64,000 nt of DNA from an uncultured Gemmatimonadales bacterium (GTDB lineage: Bacteria; Gemmatimonadota; Gemmatimonadetes; Gemmatimonadales; GWC2-71-9). Below the pieces are notes generated by a model. That model was not told the DNA's origin. It saw only the letters and a list, made by a program, of their open reading frames with translations, and made no database searches. Positions 9,428 through 18,719 of the stretch are shown here, piece after piece. The DNA is taken from assembly GCA_963817435.1 (NCBI GenBank), contig CAWFNY010000003.1, forward strand, positions 133,065 to 197,064. The letters run 5' to 3'. A program made the position numbers and the translations under genes. Within the stretch, counting starts at the first letter, position 1, and each line of letters starts with the position of its first letter.

Positions 9428-11860
9428 ATGTTCCGCCGTCTGTCCCTCGCCTGCTCCCTCCTCTGCTCCATCGTCGCCATCGGTTCCGCCCGGGCCCAGA
9501 CCGCGCCGCGGTCCGGCACGGTCGGCGAATACACACCGCCGCGGGTCTGGCCGGAGCATCCCAGAAGCTTCGATCTGCTGCATCAGCGGATCGCCATCCG
9601 CTATGACCTCGACCAGCGAAGCGTCGCCGGCGAGGTCGAGACCCGGCTGATCGTCACCGCCGCGCCGACCGACACCATCCGGCTCGACGCCTCGCAGCTC
9701 ACCATCGACGGGGCCTCCGACGCCCGCGGAAAGAAGTTGCGCTTCACCTCCGACACCGGCCGGGTCACCGTCCGGCTCGGCCGCAGGGCGCAGGTGGGAG
9801 ACACCGTGGTGTTCACGCTCCGGTATCATGGGCGCCCGGAGCGGGGGATGTACTTCGTGCCGCGGCGGCGGGTGATGTGGACCCAGGGCGAAGCCACCGA
9901 GACCCACAGCTGGGTGCCGACCTACGACGCACCGAACGACAAGACCACCTGGGAGATCCTCGTCACCGCCGATACCGGCGTCAGCGTCCTCTCCAACGGC
10001 CGGCTGGTCGAGGTGACCCCGGCCGCCCGCGGACAGCAGGTCTGGCACTGGTCCCAGGACCTGCCGGCCTCGACCTATCTCTATTCGATCGTCGCCGGGC
10101 GCTTCGCCATTCTGCGCGACAACTGGCGCGGCATTCCGGTGGAATACTGGGTGGCGCCTGACACGGTGAATGCCGGCTGGCGCACCTTCGGCGAGACGCC
10201 CTCGATGATCGAGACGTACAGCCGGGTCCTGGGCGTCAACTTCCCCTGGGCCAAGTACAGCCAGTCGGTGATTCCCGACTTCACCTACGGCGGCATGGAG
10301 AACGTCTCGGCCACCACCCAGACCGACCTTGCGCTGCACGGCGCGGGCGGGGAGCCGGAATTCAGCGGGCGCGGCCTCGACGCCCACGAGCTGGCCCACC
10401 AGTGGTTCGGCGACCTCACCACGACGGCGACCTGGGCCCATGCCTGGCTCAACGAGGGACTGACGACCTACATGGAGTCGGTCCACAACGAGAAGAGCCG
10501 CGGCTGGAGCGCCGGACAGTGGAGCTGGATCAATCAGCAGTTCTCCGCGGAGAACGCGGACCGCAACATCGACCGGCCGCTGGTGCTCGGGGAACAGCCG
10601 GGCACCGACCCGATCCAGCTCTTCTTCAGCGGGCACATCTATCCGAAGGGGGCACAGGTCGCCCACCAGCTGCGGCGCCTGCTGGGGGACTCGGTCTTCT
10701 GGGCCGGTATGCAGCGGTTCCTCACCGACAACGCCTACAAGCCGGTGGAGACCGCCGACTTCGCCGTCGCCATGGAAAAGGCCTCGGGGCGGGACCTCGA
10801 CTGGTTCTTCGATCAGTGGGCGTACGGCATCGGCTATCCGAAGGTGAAGGTGGCGCGGAAGTGGGATGCGGCGGCGAAGACGCTGACGGTCACGGTGTCC
10901 CAGTCGCAGACCATCGACTCCACGCACCCCTTCTTCCGGTTCCCGGCCACGGTCCGCATCGTGACCCGCGACTCGGTGGTCCGGCGGGAAATCATGGTGA
11001 CGGAACAGGACCAGCGCTTCACCCTCCCGCTGCCTGGCGAGCCGATCACCTTCCGGTTCGACGAAGGTGGCTGGCTCCTCGGCACCGTGCAGACCGACCA
11101 GACACCGGAGGAGCTCGCCGAGCTCGCGAAGCACGACCTCGACTTCTCGGCACGCTTCTGGGCGCTCTCGGCGCTGGACAGCTCCACGACCGATGCGGCG
11201 CGCGACGCGCGACGGTTCATCGTGCTCAACGAGCCCGATGCCAACCTCCGCTCCGAGGCAATGCGGCAGATCGGCGAGCATGACGGCGCGGTGAGCAGGG
11301 ACCTGATCGTCTCCGGCCTCGGCGACCCCTCCGGCGCGGTCCGGAGCCGTGCGATCGTCGCGCTCGCGCGGGTGGACACGGCGGCGGCCCAGGCCGAGGC
11401 GGTCCGGCTGATCACCACCGACCCGAGCTTCTATGTGCAGATGCGGGCGCTGAGCGTCTACGATCCGACGCGTTCGCCCCAAGGCACGGCGCTGCTGATT
11501 GACCGGATCCGTCACGGTGGCGCGACCAGCGTGCGGACCGCGGCGGCGGAGCGTCTCGGCCGCTATGCCGATGCCGCCGGCGTGGAGGCGATCGAGTCGA
11601 TGACCGTGATGGAGGAACCGCGCGATGTCCGCGGCGAGGCGCTCTCCCTGCTGGCGAACCTCCCTGACAAGAGCCGCGGGATCGCGGTCGCGACCCGCTA
11701 CCTGTCCGACGGGGATCCGCTTTTCGCAAGCCAGGCCGTCCGCACGCTGGCCCGGATCGGCGGCGACGCGGGCAGGGCCACGCTGACGGCGGCGCTCGCG
11801 AGGGAAACGCGGGTGACCGTCCGGGCCGCGATCACGCAATCACTCGCGCCCAGGCACTGA
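9428..11860 (+). CDS. M1 family aminopeptidase with C-terminal HEAT-like repeats
   Basis: 810 aa. Signal peptide MFRRLSLACSLLCSIVAIGSARAQ. Exopeptidase motif YGGMENVSA. Zinc site HELAHQWFGD plus the distal Glu in WLNEGLTTY. Helical repeat tail. Confidence 0.85.
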   Translation: MFRRLSLACSLLCSIVAIGSARAQTAPRSGTVGEYTPPRVWPEHPRSFDLLHQRIAIRYDLDQRSVAGEVETRLIVTAAPTDTIRLDASQLTIDGASDARGKKLRFTSDTGRVTVRLGRRAQVGDTVVFTLRYHGRPERGMYFVPRRRVMWTQGEATETHSWVPTYDAPNDKTTWEILVTADTGVSVLSNGRLVEVTPAARGQQVWHWSQDLPASTYLYSIVAGRFAILRDNWRGIPVEYWVAPDTVNAGWRTFGETPSMIETYSRVLGVNFPWAKYSQSVIPDFTYGGMENVSATTQTDLALHGAGGEPEFSGRGLDAHELAHQWFGDLTTTATWAHAWLNEGLTTYMESVHNEKSRGWSAGQWSWINQQFSAENADRNIDRPLVLGEQPGTDPIQLFFSGHIYPKGAQVAHQLRRLLGDSVFWAGMQRFLTDNAYKPVETADFAVAMEKASGRDLDWFFDQWAYGIGYPKVKVARKWDAAAKTLTVTVSQSQTIDSTHPFFRFPATVRIVTRDSVVRREIMVTEQDQRFTLPLPGEPITFRFDEGGWLLGTVQTDQTPEELAELAKHDLDFSARFWALSALDSSTTDAARDARRFIVLNEPDANLRSEAMRQIGEHDGAVSRDLIVSGLGDPSGAVRSRAIVALARVDTAAAQAEAVRLITTDPSFYVQMRALSVYDPTRSPQGTALLIDRIRHGGATSVRTAAAERLGRYADAAGVEAIESMTVMEEPRDVRGEALSLLANLPDKSRGIAVATRYLSDGDPLFASQAVRTLARIGGDAGRATLTAALARETRVTVRAAITQSLAPRH

Positions 11861-11942
11861 AACCCAAGGCGGGTGCGGCCGTAGGGCGACCGACCGGCCG
11901 CCTCACGGCCGGGGCGTATCTCCCACTTCCGGAGTCGGTCTC

Positions 11943-13346
11943 ATGTCCGTCGCGCTTCGGCGGCCGATCGCGGCCGCCGCGCTGGTGCTGGCGCTGGTCC
12001 TTCCATCGCGGACCGCCATCGCACAGGCACCCGCCGGGGTGCAGGTTCCCTTCGAGTACTACACGCTCGCGAACGGGCTCCGCGTCGTCCTGTCGCGGGA
12101 CACAACGGCGCCGACCGTGGCGATCGGTGTGTATTACCACATCGGCTTCCGCAACGAGCCGAAGGACCGCACCGGATTCGCGCACCTCTTCGAGCACCTG
12201 ATGTTCCAGGGCTCCGGCAATCTCGGCAAGCTCGAGTTCATCAAGCTGGTGGAATCGAACGGCGGCCTGCTGAACGGCTCGACCCGCTTCGACTTCACCA
12301 ACTACTACGAAGTGGTGCCGGCGCACACGCTCGAGACCATGCTCTGGGCCGAGGCGGACCGGATGAAGGGACTGGCCATCGACACCGCCAGCCTCCGGAA
12401 CCAGCAGGACGTCGTGAAGAGCGAAGTCCGGGTGAACGTGCTGAACCAGCCCTATGGGTCGTTCCCGTGGATCGACCTGCCGATGGCGGCCAACGAGAAC
12501 TGGTACAACGCCCACAACTTCTACGGCGACCTCCACGACCTCGACGCCGCCACGCTGTCGGACGCCTCCGCCTTCTTCCGCCGCTACTACGCACCGAACA
12601 ACGCCGTGCTCGGCGTGGTCGGAGACTTCAATTCCGCGCAGGCCCGGGCCTGGATCGAGAAGTACTTCGGCCAGATCACCCCGTCGGAGCTGCCGCCTCC
12701 GCCGGACCTCACCGAGCCGCGACAGACGGCGGAGAAGCGCACCGGCCGGGTGGACTCGCTCGCGAACCGGCCGGCCTTGGGACTCGCCTGGCACATGCCG
12801 GAGCGCTGGACGCCGGAGTGGTTTGCGATGGGGATGATCGACCAGATCCTCGGACAGGGGCGCGACTCGCGTCTCTACCAGGCACTCGTCACGGAGAAGG
12901 GCTACACCGGCGATGTCAGCGCCGGGATCAACTGGGGCCTCGGCCACCAGTTCAACTATCAGGGGCCGATGCTCTGGATGGTGTCCGTCTATCACGACTC
13001 TACCGTCGCGCCGGACTCGCTCCTCGCAAGCGTCGACGCCACGATAGCCGACCTCCAGGACCGGCCGATCGATGCCGCAACCCTGGCACGGGCGCGGACC
13101 AAGATGCGCTCGGCGCTCTACGACATGATGGAGCAGTTCTCCGGCTTCGGACGGCTCGATATGCTGGCCTCGTTCGCGCTCTTCGACAACGATCCGGGCC
13201 GCATCAACCGCCTCGAGGCCGAATTCGCGAAGGTGACCCCCGAACTCATCCAGCGGACCGCGCGCGAGTACCTGCGCCGCGACAACCGCACGGTCTACAC
13301 CATCGTCCCCGGGGCCAGGCCGGCCGCCGCGGCCGGCAGCCAGTGA
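11943..13346 (+). CDS. M16 (pitrilysin) family peptidase, catalytic-type subunit
   Basis: 467 aa with a signal peptide. Inverted zincin motif HLFEHLMFQG (HxxEH). Confidence 0.85.
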   Translation: MSVALRRPIAAAALVLALVLPSRTAIAQAPAGVQVPFEYYTLANGLRVVLSRDTTAPTVAIGVYYHIGFRNEPKDRTGFAHLFEHLMFQGSGNLGKLEFIKLVESNGGLLNGSTRFDFTNYYEVVPAHTLETMLWAEADRMKGLAIDTASLRNQQDVVKSEVRVNVLNQPYGSFPWIDLPMAANENWYNAHNFYGDLHDLDAATLSDASAFFRRYYAPNNAVLGVVGDFNSAQARAWIEKYFGQITPSELPPPPDLTEPRQTAEKRTGRVDSLANRPALGLAWHMPERWTPEWFAMGMIDQILGQGRDSRLYQALVTEKGYTGDVSAGINWGLGHQFNYQGPMLWMVSVYHDSTVAPDSLLASVDATIADLQDRPIDAATLARARTKMRSALYDMMEQFSGFGRLDMLASFALFDNDPGRINRLEAEFAKVTPELIQRTAREYLRRDNRTVYTIVPGARPAAAAGSQ

Positions 13347-13357
13347 GGCGGACATCC

Positions 13358-14734
13358 ATGCGAGTCATCACGATGCTGACGGGCCTGGCACTCGTCGCGA
13401 CGCCGGCGCTGGCCCAGAAGGAACTCCCCCCTGTCCCCGGCACACCGAAGGATTTTCGGCTTCCGCCGCGGAAGGACTTCACGCTGGCCAACGGGCTCAA
13501 GGTCACGCTGGTCCGGTATGGTCTGGTCCCCAAGGCGGCGATCAGCCTGCAGATCGGGACCGGCGGGATCGATGAGGCGGCCGACGAGGTCCAGCTTTCC
13601 GGCCTGACGGCCGACCTGCTGCTGGAAGGCACCACCACACGGGCAGGCAGTGACATCTCCCGTGAAGCGGCCGATATGGGTGGCGGTGTTGCCGCCGGCT
13701 CGTCGGATGATGGGGTGAGCGTCGGCGGCGAGGTCCTCAGCGAGAACACCGAGCGGTATATCGCGCTGCTCGCCGATGTCGTGCTGCGGCCCAGGTTCGC
13801 GCCGGCCGACGTGGAGCGCGTGCGGGCCAACCGCGCGCGGGACAACGCCATCGCGATGAGCCAGCCGGGCCAGATCGCCCGGGTGAAGTTCCGTGAAATG
13901 ATGTTCCCCGATCATCCCTACGGGCGGGTCATTCCCTCCGAGGCGATGCTCATGAGTTACACCGCCGACAAGGTGCGCGGCTTCTACACGAAGAACTACG
14001 GGGCGCGACGCAGCCATCTCTACGTCAGCGGCGTCTTCGATGCGGCCCGGGCCGAGCGGGCCATCCGCGCGGCGTTCAGCGGCTGGGCGCCAGGAGCGCC
14101 CGCAACGGTCAACCCGCCGGCGACGGTCAATCACCGGCAGGTCGAGCTCATCGACCGGCCGGACGCGGTGCAGAGTTCGCTGCGGGTCGGCCTCCCGGTG
14201 GCCGATCCCTCGAGCCCCGACTGGATCCGGCTCAGCGTCACCGACGCCCTGCTCGGCGGCTCGTTCGGTTCCCGGATCACCAGCAACATCCGCGAGGACA
14301 AGGGCTACACCTATTCCCCCGGCTCCTTCGTGGCGCACTGGCCCAAAGTGGGGTTGTGGATGGAGCTGGCCGACGTGACGACCAACGTCACCGGTGCCTC
14401 ACTCAAGGAGATCTTCTACGAGACCGACCGGCTGCGGAATGAAGCGCCGCCGGAGAAGGAGCTGAACGGAATCAAGAACAACATGGTGGGGATCTTCACC
14501 ATCCAGAACAGCTCGCGGTACGGCGTGATCGGCCAGCTCCAGTTCGTGGATCAGTACGGTCTCGGCGACGCCTACCTGTCAGGCTATGTGAAGAACGTGC
14601 TGGCGGTGACCCCCGAGCAGGTGAAGGCGACCGCGTCGAAGTATCTCGACCCGAGCCGGATGACCATCACGGTGGTCGGGGACAAGAAGACCGTGGAGGA
14701 ACAGCTCGCACCGTACCAGGCGGGGACGCCGTAG
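13358..14734 (+). CDS. M16 family peptidase, non-catalytic-type partner (no HxxEH)
   Basis: The track ORF 12467..14734 is over-extended. In-frame ATG 13358 gives the signal peptide MRVITMLTGLALVATPALAQ, 11 nt after the upstream M16 stop. M16 fold-like sequence without HxxEH, the usual paired arrangement. Confidence 0.8.
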   Translation: MRVITMLTGLALVATPALAQKELPPVPGTPKDFRLPPRKDFTLANGLKVTLVRYGLVPKAAISLQIGTGGIDEAADEVQLSGLTADLLLEGTTTRAGSDISREAADMGGGVAAGSSDDGVSVGGEVLSENTERYIALLADVVLRPRFAPADVERVRANRARDNAIAMSQPGQIARVKFREMMFPDHPYGRVIPSEAMLMSYTADKVRGFYTKNYGARRSHLYVSGVFDAARAERAIRAAFSGWAPGAPATVNPPATVNHRQVELIDRPDAVQSSLRVGLPVADPSSPDWIRLSVTDALLGGSFGSRITSNIREDKGYTYSPGSFVAHWPKVGLWMELADVTTNVTGASLKEIFYETDRLRNEAPPEKELNGIKNNMVGIFTIQNSSRYGVIGQLQFVDQYGLGDAYLSGYVKNVLAVTPEQVKATASKYLDPSRMTITVVGDKKTVEEQLAPYQAGTP

Positions 14735-14791
14735 GGGCGCGCGCGGAGGCGCGCCCCTGCGGCGGTGGGAGCGGCCGTCCCCGGCCGCTCC
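14733..14791. terminator. two tandem GC-rich hairpins between convergent genes (candidate bidirectional terminator)
   Basis: Hairpin 1: AGGGGCGCGC (14733-14742), 6-nt loop, GCGCGCCCCT (14749-14758). Hairpin 2: GGAGCGGCCG (14768-14777), 4-nt loop, CGGCCGCTCC (14782-14791). They sit between stop 14732-14734 (+) and stop 14798-14800 (-). No U-tract. Confidence 0.45.
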
Positions 14792-14797
14792 GCATCG

Positions 14798-15748
14798 TCA
14801 TTCCAGCGGAATCCTGCTCGCGTTGGCCGAGAGCCACTGCGCAAAGTTCTGCAGCGCCGGATTCAGGCTCCGGGAAAACTCGATGCTCCTCGCGGCGCAG
14901 AAGTCGGCGTTGAAGTCGCGCTTGAACTGGAACATGTTGCCCATATCGTCGGCGCCGGGGAAGCCGAAGCTGCGGTAGACCTCGGGGGGAATGTCGTTAT
15001 AGGCGACAGGTCTGCCGATGGCCTTGCTCAGCCCCGCCGCCATCTCCGCTCCCGTCAGGTGCTCGCCGGCGATACCGATAGACTTCCCGATGAATTCCCC
15101 GCCGCGCTTGAACACCGCATATGCACATTTGCCGATATCTTCCGCGGCGATACCGGGCAGCTTCTTGTCGCCCATCGGCATGGTGAGAAGAAGCTTGCCA
15201 TCCGGACCTGGCTTCGGCCCAGCGCCGAAGTAGATGAAATTGTCCCAGTAGAACGAGGTGTTGAGCATCGTCGTCGGGACGCCGGCGTCGGTGAAGAAGT
15301 GATTCGACTCACCCTTGGCGTCGAAGTGCGGCACCTTGTACTTCCCCATCAGCGTCGGCATCCGGTTGTCGCTGAGCGGCACCCACTTGCGGGTGTCTTC
15401 CAGCGTGGACCAGATGAAGTGGGCCACCCCGGTCTCCCTGGCCACCTTCGCCATCCGGGCAGCGTCGGCGATTTCTCGCTCCGGGGACATATGCGCCCAG
15501 AAGAAGGTCACGCCGAAGACGCCGAAGGCGCCGCTGAAGGCACGCCGGAGGCTCGCTTCGTCGTCCACATCACCCGCCACGACTTCCGCGCCGAGCGCGG
15601 CGAGGGCCTTGGCAGCATCGGATTGGGGGTTCCGGGTCACGGCCCGCGCGCGGAACGGAGATGCAGGGTCACCCTGGATCGCGCGGACCAGCCCGCCGCC
15701 CTGAGCGCCGGTGGCGCCGAGCACTGTAATGATCTTCTTGTCAGCCAT
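14798..15748 (-). CDS. NmrA family NAD(P)-binding protein
   Basis: The track ORF 14798..17098 is over-extended. In-frame ATG 15748 gives MADKKIITVLGATGAQGGGLVRAI (Rossmann GxxGxxG). 316 aa, typical NmrA/isoflavone-reductase-like length. Confidence 0.8.
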   Translation of the reverse strand: MADKKIITVLGATGAQGGGLVRAIQGDPASPFRARAVTRNPQSDAAKALAALGAEVVAGDVDDEASLRRAFSGAFGVFGVTFFWAHMSPEREIADAARMAKVARETGVAHFIWSTLEDTRKWVPLSDNRMPTLMGKYKVPHFDAKGESNHFFTDAGVPTTMLNTSFYWDNFIYFGAGPKPGPDGKLLLTMPMGDKKLPGIAAEDIGKCAYAVFKRGGEFIGKSIGIAGEHLTGAEMAAGLSKAIGRPVAYNDIPPEVYRSFGFPGADDMGNMFQFKRDFNADFCAARSIEFSRSLNPALQNFAQWLSANASRIPLE

Positions 15749-15913
15749 AGAATCGCCGCTTGTTGCAGGAGTTGAGGGGAGATCTTCGTCCAGCACCATC
15801 AAGTTGCCACGCATGAACGTGGCTGGCAATCGCCCGCTGCCGGCGTCGATCTGCATACGGAATCGCAACGTTCGACAGCCGGGGGCTATCCGGCCCGATC
15901 GGGACGCGACAGT

Positions 15914-17317
15914 TTGGTAGGCGTGACCCGGTCCATTGCCTGCCGGCCGAATGCTCTCTCTCGCGAAATGGTACTTCCCCTGACGCCCCAGCCCGTCGTA
16001 CATCCCGCCGGTCAGTCCACGATCCGCTGGCGAATCCTCGCTCTGCTCACCGGCGCGAGTGTCATCGCCTACGTCCTGCGGACCAACATGTCCATCGCCG
16101 GCGAGCACATGATGGGTGACCTGGGACTCACCCAGGTACAGCTCGGCGTCGTGCTCGCCGCGTTCGCATGGGGTTACGGCATCTTCCAGTTTCCGGGAGG
16201 CGTCATCGGCGAGCGGATCGGCAGCCGGAAGACGATGACGCTCATCGCGACGCTGTGGGGTGTCCTCAACCTCATGATCGGCCTCATCCCCGATCGCGGT
16301 CTCGGCGCCCCGCTCGCCACTCTCGCCGCGCTGGTGACGCTCCGGGCGCTCATGGGGGCGGCCCAGGCCCCATTCTACCCGGTCACCGGCGGAGCGATGA
16401 CCTGCGCCTGGTTTCCGGTGGCGGGATGGGCATTCCCTAACGGCATGTCGAACGTCGGGCTGACTCTCGGGGCGGCCGCCGCCGGTCCGCTGATCGCCTG
16501 GCTCATGCAGAGCTATGGCTGGCGCGAGTCGTTCATATTCACCGCGCCGCTCGGCTTCCTGCTCGCGGCGATCTGGTGGTGGTACGCGCGGGACACACCC
16601 GCGGAGCATCCCCGCGTGGGCCAGAAGGAACTGGAGCTGATCGACGCGGGGCGACCGCCAACCGTGACCGCGGTGGCCAGGGGCGACTGGAAACTGGTGC
16701 TCAGGGACCCGCAGGTGCTGCTGCTGACGGCGAGCTACTTCTGCAGCAATTACGTCTTCTACTTCTTCTTCAACTGGCTGTTCATCTATCTGGTGGACAA
16801 CCGCGGCTTCAAGGTCCTCGAGAGCGGAGTCTACGCGGCGGCGCCGTGGCTGACGGGCGCTGTGGGCGCGCTGATCGGCGGGATCCTGTGCGACCGGCTG
16901 AGCAAGCGTCGCGGGATGACCTTCGGCTGCCGCGTGACGGTCGTGCCGGGTCTGATCCTGTCGGGCGCGCTGCTCCTCGCGGGGGCGACCGCACACAATC
17001 CTGTCCTCGCGGTGGTCTTCCTGTCGCTCTGCCTTGCCTGCCAGCAGCTGTGCGAAGGCGCCTTCTGGGCGGCGACGATCTCCGTGTCGGGCAAGCACTC
17101 CTCCAGCGCCTGCGGCGTGCTGAACACCGGCGGCAATGTGGTCGGTGGCATCGGCGCGCTGCTGGTGCCGATCACCGTCAAGTCTCTTCGGATGGCCGGC
17201 CGCCCTCGCGACGGGAACGGCGTTCGCGCTCGTCGGTGCGCTGCTCTGGTTCTGGATCCGTGCCGACCGGGAGTTCCCCGCGACGGCCTGACAAGCGTCA
17301 CGATCTCATCCTGCTGA
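15914..17317 (+). CDS. MFS transporter (anion:cation symporter-like), 3' end apparently frameshifted
   Basis: Multi-helix MFS sequence with GYGIFQFPGGVIGERIGSRK; alternative ATG start at 15968. After ...ITVKS (about 17185) the annotated frame becomes Arg-rich junk. The next frame (codon starts 17187, 17190, ...) reads a clean last TM helix FGWPAALATGTAFALVGALLWFWIRADREFPATA, ending at TGA 17289-17291. Confidence 0.7.
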   Translation: MVGVTRSIACRPNALSREMVLPLTPQPVVHPAGQSTIRWRILALLTGASVIAYVLRTNMSIAGEHMMGDLGLTQVQLGVVLAAFAWGYGIFQFPGGVIGERIGSRKTMTLIATLWGVLNLMIGLIPDRGLGAPLATLAALVTLRALMGAAQAPFYPVTGGAMTCAWFPVAGWAFPNGMSNVGLTLGAAAAGPLIAWLMQSYGWRESFIFTAPLGFLLAAIWWWYARDTPAEHPRVGQKELELIDAGRPPTVTAVARGDWKLVLRDPQVLLLTASYFCSNYVFYFFFNWLFIYLVDNRGFKVLESGVYAAAPWLTGAVGALIGGILCDRLSKRRGMTFGCRVTVVPGLILSGALLLAGATAHNPVLAVVFLSLCLACQQLCEGAFWAATISVSGKHSSSACGVLNTGGNVVGGIGALLVPITVKSLRMAGRPRDGNGVRARRCAALVLDPCRPGVPRDGLTSVTISSC

Positions 17318-17334
17318 CTGGAGACCGTTCCCCC

Positions 17335-18714
17335 ATGGACGACCCGCTCGGGACTCTCGACCGCCGCGAGTTTCTCGCCCTCTCCGCCGCGCTGCTCGGC
17401 GCAACGCGCGGCGGCCGGGCATCGGCCAGGATCGAACGACCGCGCCCGACCGCGGCACAACTCGCGTGGCAGCGCGACGAACGCGCGCTGTTCGTCCACT
17501 TCGGCGTGAACACATTCACCAATCGCGAATGGGGTGACGGCAGCGAGAGCCCCGCGATCTTCAACCCCACGCGTCTCGATCCCCGGCAGTGGGCCCGCGT
17601 CGCGAGGGCGGCGGGCTTCCGCGCGCTGGTGCTCACCGCGAAGCACCATGACGGCTTCTGCCTGTGGCCCAGCGCGCTGACCGGTCACACCGTCGCCTCG
17701 AGCCCGTGGCGCGACGGTCGCGGTGACGTGGTCCGTGAATTCGTGGATGCCTGTCGCGCAGAAGGTCTCGGTGCGGGCCTCTACCTCTCCCCCTGGGACC
17801 GGCACGAGCCGCGCTACGGCGATTCGCCGGCGTACAACGACTACTACGTCGCGCAGCTCACCGAGCTGCTCACCCGGTACGGCGCGCTGAGCGAGGTCTG
17901 GTTCGATGGCGCCAACGGCGAAGGACCGAATGGCCGGCGGCAGGTCTACGACTGGCCACGGATCTTCGCGACGGTGCGGCGGCTGCAGCCGGGCGCGGTG
18001 ATCTTCTCCGACGCGGGACCGGACGTACGCTGGATCGGCAATGAGCGGGGGAGCGCGGGGGAGCCTAACTGGTCGACGGTCGATCCCTCGGCGGTCCCGG
18101 CGCCCGGGGCCGATGGTCCGGGCATCATCGAGGCGCTGCAGCACGGGGATCCCGCAGGCACCGTCTGGCGGCCAGGGGAGGCCGATGTGTCGATCCGTCC
18201 CGGCTGGTTCTGGCATCCGGAGGAGGACTCGCGCGTACGAAGCGTCGAGGATCTGGTCGAACTCTTCTTCGCTTCGGTGGGGCGCAACGCGAAGCTGCTG
18301 CTCAACGTCCCGCCGACGACGGAGGGACTGCTGCACGAGACCGACGTCGCTCGGCTCACCGGGTTCGGCGATCGGCTGAAGGAAATGTTCGCGGTGGATC
18401 TCGCCGCGGGCGCGCGCCGGCACTGGCGGGCGGGACCGGGATTCACCGGAAGCTGGGAGATCGGCCTCGGCCGGGAAGTCATTGCCGGGCTGGTGAGTCT
18501 GCAGGAGGAGATCGCAACCGGCCAGAGCATCGCGCGGTACCGGCTTGAAGGCTGGGCCGGCGGCGTGTGGCTGCCGCTCTCGCGCGGGACCACGATCGGC
18601 TACCGCAGGCTGGACCGGTTCGCTCCGACCGCCATCAGCCGTGTCCGGCTTACGGTGGAGGAAGCTCTGGCGCCACCGCGTCTCGCCCGCCTGACACTAC
18701 ATGCGGGGATGTGA
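17335..18714 (+). CDS. alpha-L-fucosidase (GH29) with C-terminal discoidin-like domain
   Basis: The track ORF 16576..18714 is over-extended. ATG 17335 gives a Tat-like leader MDDPLGTLDRREFLALSAALLGATRGGRASA. GH29-like core FGVNTF...TAKHHDGFCLWPS...SPWD...EVWFDGANGEG. Confidence 0.8.
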   Translation: MDDPLGTLDRREFLALSAALLGATRGGRASARIERPRPTAAQLAWQRDERALFVHFGVNTFTNREWGDGSESPAIFNPTRLDPRQWARVARAAGFRALVLTAKHHDGFCLWPSALTGHTVASSPWRDGRGDVVREFVDACRAEGLGAGLYLSPWDRHEPRYGDSPAYNDYYVAQLTELLTRYGALSEVWFDGANGEGPNGRRQVYDWPRIFATVRRLQPGAVIFSDAGPDVRWIGNERGSAGEPNWSTVDPSAVPAPGADGPGIIEALQHGDPAGTVWRPGEADVSIRPGWFWHPEEDSRVRSVEDLVELFFASVGRNAKLLLNVPPTTEGLLHETDVARLTGFGDRLKEMFAVDLAAGARRHWRAGPGFTGSWEIGLGREVIAGLVSLQEEIATGQSIARYRLEGWAGGVWLPLSRGTTIGYRRLDRFAPTAISRVRLTVEEALAPPRLARLTLHAGM

Positions 18715-18719
18715 GCCGG

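Noticed and set aside
7682-11839. Very long antisense ORFs: 1385 aa at 7682..11839 (-), plus 24223..25683, 33360..35219, 36592..39027, 47132..49009, 50530..52203, 56006..57829 and 29078..30163, all on the minus strand.
   Set aside because: They are Arg/Gly/Pro/Asp-rich low-complexity translations with no recognisable motifs. They lie antisense to ORFs with unambiguous catalytic motifs (GGDEF/EAL, HEXXH, kinase). In high-GC DNA stop-poor antisense frames are expected.
12467-14734. Over-extended 5' ends in the ORF track: 12467, 17098(-), 16576, 21985(-), 21806, 27346(-), 30189, 34990, 40446, 41345, 46229 and 52263.
   Set aside because: The extensions overlap the preceding gene in another frame and translate to Arg/Pro-rich junk. 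Internal in-frame starts give signal peptides or the conserved kinase N-terminus (..RLAAALADRY..). Starts were trimmed accordingly.
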